From NCBI GenBank assembly GCA_036406675.1, contig DASXAO010000047.1, positions 4,513 to 68,512 on the forward strand: DNA of 64,000 bases, given 5' to 3'. The stretch comes from Burkholderiales bacterium. GTDB lineage: Bacteria; Pseudomonadota; Gammaproteobacteria; Burkholderiales; SG8-39. Of the stretch, positions 54,432 to 61,650 are shown one piece after another (positions within the stretch are counted from its first letter, which is position 1; the number at the start of each line of letters is the position of its first letter). A model generated the notes under the pieces. The model saw only the letters and a program-made list of their open reading frames with translations. It had not been told where the DNA came from and did not search any database. Made by a program: the position numbers and the translations under genes.

Positions 54432-55910
54432 TCAGGCGGTGGGCCGGTGCAGGTAGCACCCACGCGGCGGGCCGAGCACCTTCCCGTTCTCGCACACGAG
54501 CTCGCCGCGCAGGAAGGTGGCCTTCACCCGCGCGGAAAGCTCGAGACCCTCGAAAGGCGTGTAGCCCTGGGTCGATTCGGAATCGGCGGAGTGGATCGTC
54601 CAGCTCTCGCGCGGTTCGACGAGCGCGAGGTCCGCGTCGAAGCCTTCCGCGATGTCGCCTTTCGCGTTCGCTCCGAAGCGGCGCGCCGGATTGGCGCTCG
54701 TCAGCGCCGCGATGCGGTTGTAGCTCACTCCTCTCCTGCTGCCCTCGGACACCAGGGCGGGAAGAAGGTATTCGGTTCCGCCGAAGCCCGATTTCGCCAG
54801 CCAGATATTTCCAAGCGCGTTCTTCGCCGCCTTGGTTTCGTGGCGGCAGCAGGCGTGGTCGCTCACCACCCAGTCGATCGCGCCTTCGGCGAGCTTCTGC
54901 CAGAGGTACTCGACGTCCTCTCGCGGCCGGATCGGCGGATTCACCTTGGCGAGCACGCCCGCTTTCGAATTCGTATCCAGCATCAGGTGGCCGATCGTGA
55001 CCTCGCGACGGAAATCGATGTGCGGGAAGAGGGCCTGCATCTGGAGCGCCGCGTCGAGCGCCTTTCTCGAGCTCAAGTGGAGCAGATTGATGTTCGGCAG
55101 CGCGCTCTCGGACGCAAGGTAGGCGGCGATGAAGACGGCGAGGCCTTCGGAATGCGGCGGCCGCGCGGCGTGGTATGCGGCGAGGCCCGAGAGCTTGCCC
55201 TCCCGCTCCACCATCCTGCTGTACGCGGTCATGATCTCGGCGGTCTCGCAGTGCAGCGACAGGCTGATCTGCGCCGCCTTGCGCGGAAAGCGCTCGCGCG
55301 CCGCCTGCACCCCGCGCATCACGAACTCGAAGTGCGCGTAGTCGTAGCGCTCGTCCTCGCCGATCATCAGGAAATCTCGCTGGCTGTCGGAGCGCCCGTG
55401 CAGGCCGTGCGAGCCGTAGAACATGAAGATCTTGAACGAGGCGACGCCGTGCTTCTCCACCAGCTCGGGGATCTCGCGGACATGAGCGGCGTCCATGGGC
55501 GCGAGGTGGTAGCCGTAGTCGACGTGGAAGCGCCCCTCGGAAAGCTTCAACACCTCGGGAAAGAACGCCGCGTACGGCCCGCCGCGGTTCAGGTAGTACT
55601 GGCCGGTCCTGAAGTAGTTGAGGCTCGTGGTCACGCCGCCCTGCGCCGCGGCGCGGCTCTCGCTCACCGCGTCTTCGGCGAGGGGCGCGTAGATGCCGGT
55701 GTGCATGTGCGCGTCGACCACGCCCGGGAACGCCAGACGGCCTTTGCCTTCGTAGACGTTCTTCGCTTCCCTGGGATCGATGGCCGGAGCAATTCTTGAG
55801 AATTTATCGCCGGTGATGGCGATGTCGGCTTCGCGCGGCGCATCGGCGTCCGGGCGAACGACGCGCACGTTCCGGATCAGCAGGTCGTACTTGCTACCGG
55901 CTTCGGCCAA
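54432..55910 (-). CDS. Cyclic amidohydrolase (D-hydantoinase/dihydropyrimidinase/enamidase-like)
   Basis: In-frame TTG at 55910 after GGAGAA gives (M)AEAGSKYDLLIRN. GVVDAHMH (HxH), SFKIFMFY (carboxylated-Lys position), LSLHCE, LLHLSS, VVSDHACC (Asp). The first ~54 codons of ORF 54432..56072 overlap the LeuD-like gene. Confidence 0.85.
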   Translation of the reverse strand: MAEAGSKYDLLIRNVRVVRPDADAPREADIAITGDKFSRIAPAIDPREAKNVYEGKGRLAFPGVVDAHMHTGIYAPLAEDAVSESRAAAQGGVTTSLNYFRTGQYYLNRGGPYAAFFPEVLKLSEGRFHVDYGYHLAPMDAAHVREIPELVEKHGVASFKIFMFYGSHGLHGRSDSQRDFLMIGEDERYDYAHFEFVMRGVQAARERFPRKAAQISLSLHCETAEIMTAYSRMVEREGKLSGLAAYHAARPPHSEGLAVFIAAYLASESALPNINLLHLSSRKALDAALQMQALFPHIDFRREVTIGHLMLDTNSKAGVLAKVNPPIRPREDVEYLWQKLAEGAIDWVVSDHACCRHETKAAKNALGNIWLAKSGFGGTEYLLPALVSEGSRRGVSYNRIAALTSANPARRFGANAKGDIAEGFDADLALVEPRESWTIHSADSESTQGYTPFEGLELSARVKATFLRGELVCENGKVLGPPRGCYLHRPTA

Positions 55911-56376
55911 GGCGCTTCTCCAGGTGGGCGAGCAGTCCGCCGTCGCGCACCATCTGCGCGAGGTGCGTCGGGATCGGCTCGCATTGCAGCGATTCGCCGG
56001 TAGTGAGGTTCGCGATTTGGCCCTTTTCGAAATCGACTCGAAGCTTGTCGCCGTCGCGAATGCGTTTCGCATCGGCCGAGACCACGGCCGGGAGGCCGAG
56101 GTTGAGCGCGTTGCGGTAGAAGAGGCCGGCGAACGATTCGGCGACCAGCGCCGCCACGCCGAGATGCTTGAGCGCCGCCGGCGCCTGCTCGCGCGAAGAG
56201 CCTGCGCCGAAATTGCGGCCGCCGACCACGACGTCGCCCGGCTTCACGCTGCGCGCGAATTCGGGCAGCACGGCCTCGAGGCAGTGCGGCGCGATCTCGG
56301 CGAGGCCGAACTTCATGTAGCGCCCCGGCGCGATCGCGTCGGTGTCGACGTTGTCGCCCAGGACCCAGGCCCTCAT
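55894..56376 (-). CDS. Aconitase-family dehydratase small subunit (LeuD-like)
   Basis: ATG at 56376 (ATGA overlap with the large-subunit stop). DNVDTDAIAPGRY, GRNFGAGSSREQA. Confidence 0.85.
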   Translation of the reverse strand: MRAWVLGDNVDTDAIAPGRYMKFGLAEIAPHCLEAVLPEFARSVKPGDVVVGGRNFGAGSSREQAPAALKHLGVAALVAESFAGLFYRNALNLGLPAVVSADAKRIRDGDKLRVDFEKGQIANLTTGESLQCEPIPTHLAQMVRDGGLLAHLEKRLGRSR

Positions 56377-57626
56377 TGCAGCAGCTCGCGCGGGTCGCAG
56401 ATGCGGCCGGCCACGGCCGTGGCGGCGACCGTGTACGGCGAGCCGAGGTACACCTGCGCCGACGCCGCGCCCATGCGGCCCTGGAAGTTGCGCGCGGTGC
56501 TCGAGATCGCCACCATGTTTTCGGGCAGGAGATGCTCGCCGTAGCCGGCGCAGAGACCGCAGCCGTTCGGCAGCAGCTCCGCCCCGGCCTGCAGAAGGAC
56601 TTGCAGCGTTCCCTCGCTTTGCGCCGCGTTCTGATCGCGCAGGCTGGCGGGCGCGACGAGTAGCCGGATGGCCGACTTGCGTCCCTTCAAGACGCGCGCC
56701 GCCATCCGCAGATCTTCGAGCTTCGCCCCGGTGCAGGCGCCGATGTAGGCGAGCTGCGGCCGCACATTCGTGAACTCGGTTACCGCCCGGGTATTGGCTG
56801 GGCTGTGCGGTGCCGCGACCTGCGGCGCGAGCTCGCTGGCATTGAAGCGGTGGTGCGCGAGAAGTGGCGCGTCTTCGTCGCTCCTCCACACTTCTGGATC
56901 ATTCAAGCCTAGAAAATCGTGAGTGGTTGCATCCGAAGCGATCAACCCCGTCTGAGCGCCGAGCTCGGCGGCCATGTTGCACAGGGTCATGCGCTCCTGC
57001 ATCGGCAGCGCGCGGATCGCCGGGCCGCGATACTCGACCGCCTGGTATTGACCGCCGTCGAGGCCGAAGCGGCCGATGAGGAACAGGATCGCGTCCTTGG
57101 CCGCGACGCCGGGGGCAAAGGCGCCGTCGAAATCCATGGCGATGGTGTGCGGCACCTTGAGCCAGATCTCGCCGGTGACGAGGACCCCGAGCATCTCGGT
57201 CGCGCCTACGCCGAACATGTACGCGGCAAAGGCGCCGCCGGTGGGGGAGTGGCTGTCGCCGCCGACCGCGAACATGCCCGGCTTCAGGTGGCCGCGCTCG
57301 GGCAGCACGACGTGGCAGATGCCCTGCTCGTCGTGGAAGTTGTCGATGCCGGCCTCTCGCACCCAGTCGCGCGTGATGCGGATGATCCTGCGGCTCTCCT
57401 CGTCGTAGGCGGGGACGTAATGGTCGGTGATGAGGACGACCTTCGACGGGTCCCACAGCTTCGCGCCGAGGCGCTCGAGCATCGGCTTGAGGCGCCGCGG
57501 CCCGCCCGAGTCGTGGATCATCGCGAGATCGACCTTGCAGGTGACGATCTCCCCGGGTGTCACCGAGCTGCGGCCCGCCGCGCGGGCGACCAGCTTCTGG
57601 GCCAACGTTGCCGGCATCTTCGACAC
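56373..57626 (-). CDS. Aconitase-family dehydratase large subunit (LeuC-like, Fe-S)
   Basis: GTG start. VGGDSHSPTGGAFA. Cluster Cys in IGACTGAK and NGCGLCAG. STARNFQGRMG. Confidence 0.88.
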   Translation of the reverse strand: MSKMPATLAQKLVARAAGRSSVTPGEIVTCKVDLAMIHDSGGPRRLKPMLERLGAKLWDPSKVVLITDHYVPAYDEESRRIIRITRDWVREAGIDNFHDEQGICHVVLPERGHLKPGMFAVGGDSHSPTGGAFAAYMFGVGATEMLGVLVTGEIWLKVPHTIAMDFDGAFAPGVAAKDAILFLIGRFGLDGGQYQAVEYRGPAIRALPMQERMTLCNMAAELGAQTGLIASDATTHDFLGLNDPEVWRSDEDAPLLAHHRFNASELAPQVAAPHSPANTRAVTEFTNVRPQLAYIGACTGAKLEDLRMAARVLKGRKSAIRLLVAPASLRDQNAAQSEGTLQVLLQAGAELLPNGCGLCAGYGEHLLPENMVAISSTARNFQGRMGAASAQVYLGSPYTVAATAVAGRICDPRELLQ

Positions 57627-57627
57627 C

Positions 57628-58392
57628 TTATCCCTGTTCCAGGAACTCCCGCAGCGCCTTCTCCGGCGGCTTGACGAAGTTCGAGCGGCGGCTGACCTTC
57701 GCCATGCCGAGCGCGCGCAATTTCACCGCCATTTCCGCGCTCTTGGCGATGAGCGTCACCCCGTTCACCACCGGCGCGCCGTCCATCTCCGTGCCGCCGA
57801 AGAGCATCATCGGCAGCCCGCCGGCCGGCACGATGACGTCGGCGCCGGCATCGAGCAGTGCGCGGCATTCGCGCTCCCATTTGGGATAGAGGGCGTCATG
57901 GGACTTCTTGTCGGCGAAGGCGTCGATGAAGTCCTTGACGCTGGCGTCGACCGCCCGCACTCCGACGACGCGCTGCTGAAGGCCGTAGCGGATCACCTGG
58001 TCCTCGTGCCAGGGGATGAACACCGGGTTGATGGTGACGAGCCCGAGCTTGCGCCCGAGCGTGCAGGCGTGGAAGAGCGTTGTCTCGCCCAGGCCGAGCA
58101 CGGGGAGGTCGACCACCGATTTCACCTCGGCGAGGCCCGCGTCCTGGAAATGCGTGATCGCCATCGCGGCATAGCCCTGCTTCTCGGCCTCGACCGCATT
58201 GCGAATCAGATTGCGCGCGATCCGGAACTCGGTGATCGCGTGCGTGGTCGTCGCGGGCGGCGTGGTGGTGTGGAACGTCGCCTCGAAGTCCGGCTCGAGG
58301 ATCGACTTCAGATGCGCCTCCACCTTGGCGATGTAAGGCGCCATGTGGATCTTGTCCGTCGCGCCCTGGAACCAGATCTTGTGCTTGCTCAT
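57628..58392 (-). CDS. Asp/Glu/hydantoin-racemase-fold protein (non-canonical active site)
   Basis: Aligns by eye to hydantoin racemase blocks. AMAITHFQDAGL corresponds to the usual ..IACFGDPGL.., and VIVPAGGLPMM to ..ILGCAGM... Both catalytic Cys positions appear substituted. Confidence 0.7.
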   Translation of the reverse strand: MSKHKIWFQGATDKIHMAPYIAKVEAHLKSILEPDFEATFHTTTPPATTTHAITEFRIARNLIRNAVEAEKQGYAAMAITHFQDAGLAEVKSVVDLPVLGLGETTLFHACTLGRKLGLVTINPVFIPWHEDQVIRYGLQQRVVGVRAVDASVKDFIDAFADKKSHDALYPKWERECRALLDAGADVIVPAGGLPMMLFGGTEMDGAPVVNGVTLIAKSAEMAVKLRALGMAKVSRRSNFVKPPEKALREFLEQG

Positions 58393-58419
58393 CGACGAAC
58401 CTCGGGTCGAAAAACCGAA

Positions 58420-58484
58420 AATCAGGGACAGACCACGTTTATTTTCTGTTTGTCAGCAAAAGAAAACGTGGTCCGTCCCTGATT
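58420..58484. repeat. Large hairpin repeat: 21-nt arms AATCAGGGACAGACCACGTTT / AAACGTGGTCCGTCCCTGATT (1 mismatch), 23-nt spacer
   Basis: Read directly. It occupies most of the 98-nt gap between the cyclase-like and racemase-like genes. The arm is 17/21 identical to GAAAATCGGGGTCTGACCCCG of the other repeat family. Confidence 0.75.
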
Positions 58485-58490
58485 ATGGGG

Positions 58491-59270
58491 TCATGGCGTT
58501 TCCACCAATGCAATTGCACGCAAAGGACTGCCGCTGCCGTTGCGGATCTTGAGCGGGGCTGCGATCACGACCGCGCCGGTGGGCGGGAGCTGGTCGAGGT
58601 TGGCGAGGCATTGCAGGCCATAGCGGCCCGCGCCGTGCATGAAGTAGTGGCAGGGGTAGGGCGGGCGAAGATGCTGCGCCTGGCCGGCGTCGGTGCCGAT
58701 CGACTCGGTGCCGAAGCCCAGGAGGTCGCGTTCCTCGACCAGGAACTTCACCGCGCCGACGTCGGGTCCCGGGGTGTGCTGCCCGGTCTCGTCGTAGTTC
58801 TGGTAGGCGACCGGGTCGGAGCGCTTGGACCAGTCGGTGCGCATCAGCACCCAGGCTTTCGGCGGGATACGTCCGTGTTTCTTCTCCCAGGTTTTGATCC
58901 ACCCGACAGTGAGAAGGAAGTCGGCGTCTTTCGCCGCTTCTTCGCTGCAATCCAGGACCGAGGCCGGGCCGACGAAGCGCTCCGGCGCGATGCTGTCGGT
59001 GGCGTTCTGCGGCAGGTCCTTGCCCGAGATCCAGTGGATCGGCGCGTCGAAGTGCGTGCCGGTGTGCTCGCCGCAGGAGAAGTTGTTCCAGTACCAGGCG
59101 GGCCCGCGCTCGTCGTAGCGCGATACCTCCTCGATCCGGAACGGCCACGCCTGGCCCATCTCGGGTGGAAGCGAGATGTGCGGGAATTCGGGCGACAAGG
59201 TCTGGGTGAGATCGATGACGCGAATCTTCCCCGAGAGCAATTCCTTGGCGAGAGAGGCGAGGGTAGTCAT
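58491..59270 (-). CDS. Cyclase-family (kynurenine-formamidase-fold) metal hydrolase
   Basis: ATG at 59270 (ATGA overlap with the upstream gene). GEHTGTHFDAPIHW is the HxGTHxDxPxH motif. Confidence 0.82.
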   Translation of the reverse strand: MTTLASLAKELLSGKIRVIDLTQTLSPEFPHISLPPEMGQAWPFRIEEVSRYDERGPAWYWNNFSCGEHTGTHFDAPIHWISGKDLPQNATDSIAPERFVGPASVLDCSEEAAKDADFLLTVGWIKTWEKKHGRIPPKAWVLMRTDWSKRSDPVAYQNYDETGQHTPGPDVGAVKFLVEERDLLGFGTESIGTDAGQAQHLRPPYPCHYFMHGAGRYGLQCLANLDQLPPTGAVVIAAPLKIRNGSGSPLRAIALVETP

Positions 59271-60496
59271 GTCGACAGCTCTCTCTCCAGGGCCTTCGGA
59301 TTGTCCCGCCAGCGCTCGAGCCACTCCTGCGCCACGTCGCCGGGGTAGAGGTCCTCGACGCCTTCGCGCAGCGCCCGTACGATCGCGGCGGCGAGCGCCG
59401 CGGGAGCGAGCTTGGGCGGAGGAAGGAGCTGGCTCCACTCGTCGTCGATCGGCCCGGGAAACACGTTGACCACTCGCACGCCGGCTGGACGCATCTCGGC
59501 GCGCAGGCATTGCGCGAGCGACTGCGCAGCGGCCTTCGACGCAGAGAAGGTGCCGTGCGGCGGAAAATTGGCGAGCGCATAGATCGACAGCAGGTTGACC
59601 CAGGCCACCGCGCTCGCCTGGCCGTCGGCGCCGCGCGCGCGCATCGCCGGCCCGAATTCCTGGGCGAGGCGCAGCAACCCGAAGTAGTTGACGTCCATCT
59701 CGGCGCGCGCGGTCTCCACGCCCTGGCGGCCCGCGATGCCGTGCGTGCGGTGGAGCTCGGCGTTGCTAACCAGGATGTCGACCTTGGCGCCGATCTCGGC
59801 CGCAAGCTCGCGCACGTTCTTCGAATCGGTGACATCCAGCGGCACCAGGGTGACCTGCGGAAGCTTCTGCAGCTCGTCGAATCCCGGGAAGCGCTTCCAC
59901 GGCTCCGCGTATCCGACCCAGATGAGCTCGGCGCCCGCCGCGGCGAGCGCCTTGACGAGCGCCTGGCCGAGGCCGCTCTTGCCGTCGGTGACGAGCACCT
60001 TGCGATGCTTCGGGTCGCAGGCGAATTCGCGCAATTGGCGGTCTTCGGCCATGTTCACGTTCTCCTTGTCGGGTAAGCCCACGAGCACCGCCTGCCCGGC
60101 GCGGTCGAGGCGCGCCGTGACCCGCAGCCTCGCGGGGGCGTCCTGAACGTCGGCGTGAAGATGAGCGACCACGGTCGGGCCGCAGGTCAGCTTCGCGAGT
60201 CCGAGGCGCCACGGCAGGCGTTCGCGGAAGAAAAGATCGTTGCTGTGGTGCAGGACGGTGCTTGCGAGCAGCTCGGCCTCACCGGATTGAGGTTTCCAGA
60301 ATATTCCTGTCGAGAGGCAATTTTGGCAGGCCTCGCGCGGCGGGTACTGGACCGTCCCGCAATCGCGGCACTGCTGCAATTCGAACCTTCCCAGCGCCGC
60401 CGCTGCAGTGAGGCCGAGCGCCACGCGGCTGCGCGCCGCCGGCGGCAGCGTAGGCAGCCGGGTCCTGAGGATGGGATTTTTCCTCTTAAGGATCAT
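59267..60496 (-). CDS. Fusion: DUF35 (Zn-ribbon + OB-fold) domain + SDR-fold domain
   Basis: ATG at 60496 inside ORF 59267..61150. N-terminus has CRDCGTVQYPPREACQNC (CxxC..CxxC) plus an OB region. C-terminus has VLVTDGKSGLGQAL Rossmann motif and ..S-x12-FSASK where classical SDRs have YxxSK. Confidence 0.75.
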   Translation of the reverse strand: MILKRKNPILRTRLPTLPPAARSRVALGLTAAAALGRFELQQCRDCGTVQYPPREACQNCLSTGIFWKPQSGEAELLASTVLHHSNDLFFRERLPWRLGLAKLTCGPTVVAHLHADVQDAPARLRVTARLDRAGQAVLVGLPDKENVNMAEDRQLREFACDPKHRKVLVTDGKSGLGQALVKALAAAGAELIWVGYAEPWKRFPGFDELQKLPQVTLVPLDVTDSKNVRELAAEIGAKVDILVSNAELHRTHGIAGRQGVETARAEMDVNYFGLLRLAQEFGPAMRARGADGQASAVAWVNLLSIYALANFPPHGTFSASKAAAQSLAQCLRAEMRPAGVRVVNVFPGPIDDEWSQLLPPPKLAPAALAAAIVRALREGVEDLYPGDVAQEWLERWRDNPKALERELST

Positions 60497-61650
60497 GAGG
60501 CGAGGATTGCAGCGCCGCTGCCGAGGCCGCGGTCGTAGTTGATCATGCCGAATCCGCTCACCAATCCGATCTTCGCATCGCGCACCTGCCGCCCGGGCGC
60601 GTCGCCGGTGAGCTGCCGGATCGCTTCCACCATGCCGAGAAACCCGCCCGCCGCGCCCGCCTGCCCCGCGGAAAGCTGGCCGCCGCTCGTGTTGAGCGGG
60701 AAGTCGCCGTCCCAGGTGAAGCGGTGCTGGCGCAAGAAGGCTGGTCCCTCGCCCTTGCCGCAGAAGCCGAGGTCCTCGAGCTGCATCAGCGTGATGACCG
60801 GGTAGTCGTCGTAGGCCTGCACGAAATCGATGTCGCGCGGCGAGCAGCCCGCCTGGGCGTAGAGCCCGTCGCGATCGAGCGCCCAGCCGGCGCGTAGCTG
60901 GACTGGATCGGCGCTGAAGGCGTTGTGCCGCTCGATCGTGCCCAGCAGGCGGGCATGAGGAAGACCGAGACTTTTCGCTTTTTTTTCCGATAAGACCAGA
61001 AATCCTTCGGCGCCCGCACACGGCATGACGCAGTCGAAAAGATGCAGCGGCTCGGCGATCGGGCGTGCGCGGAGATACTCCTCCAAGGTCAATTCCTTCT
61101 TGAACAAAGCGTGCGCGTAACGCAGCGCGTTGGCACGCTGTGCCACGCAAAGCTTGCCGAAGTCCTCGCGCCTAACGCCGTAGCGTTGCATGTAGTGCGC
61201 AGTCAGGAAAGCGAAGCTCGCGTTCGGGCCGCCGGCGCCGTAGGGATAGACCGCGTCGCGCGCGAACTGGCTGAAATTCGCCAGCGTCAGGCGGAAGGAA
61301 TCCACGTGGTTGGTGTCGCCGGCGAGGCAGGCGACGACCTCGGCGTCTCCGGCCTGCACCGCTCGCGCGGCGCGCCTCACGGCGACGACGCCGCTTGCGC
61401 CGCCGAGCGGCACGTGGTCGAGCCAGCGCGGCGAGAGGCCGATGTGCTGGGTGAAGCCGATGGCCGTGTCGGGCGCGAGCGTGAAGCTCGACACCGTCAG
61501 GCCATCAATCTCCTCTTTTTTCAGCTTCGACTTCTCCAGAAGGGAGGAAAAGGCTCTTGCCAGCCACCAGTGCGCCGAGCGGATGGAGTAGCGCACGTAC
61601 GGCACGGTGACCGGCGCCGCGAGGACCACGCCGTGGTAAGGCTGCCTCAT
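60493..61650 (-). CDS. Thiolase-fold (SCP-x type) protein apparently lacking nucleophilic Cys and catalytic His
   Basis: ATG at 61650 (ATGA overlaps at both ends). VPLGGASGVVAVRRAARAVQAGDAEVV aligns to ..NNNCATGSTAL....IQGG.. (C->G). NTSGGQLSAGQAGAAGG aligns to ..NPSGGL.SKGHPLGATG.. (H->Q). Confidence 0.75.
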   Translation of the reverse strand: MRQPYHGVVLAAPVTVPYVRYSIRSAHWWLARAFSSLLEKSKLKKEEIDGLTVSSFTLAPDTAIGFTQHIGLSPRWLDHVPLGGASGVVAVRRAARAVQAGDAEVVACLAGDTNHVDSFRLTLANFSQFARDAVYPYGAGGPNASFAFLTAHYMQRYGVRREDFGKLCVAQRANALRYAHALFKKELTLEEYLRARPIAEPLHLFDCVMPCAGAEGFLVLSEKKAKSLGLPHARLLGTIERHNAFSADPVQLRAGWALDRDGLYAQAGCSPRDIDFVQAYDDYPVITLMQLEDLGFCGKGEGPAFLRQHRFTWDGDFPLNTSGGQLSAGQAGAAGGFLGMVEAIRQLTGDAPGRQVRDAKIGLVSGFGMINYDRGLGSGAAILAS

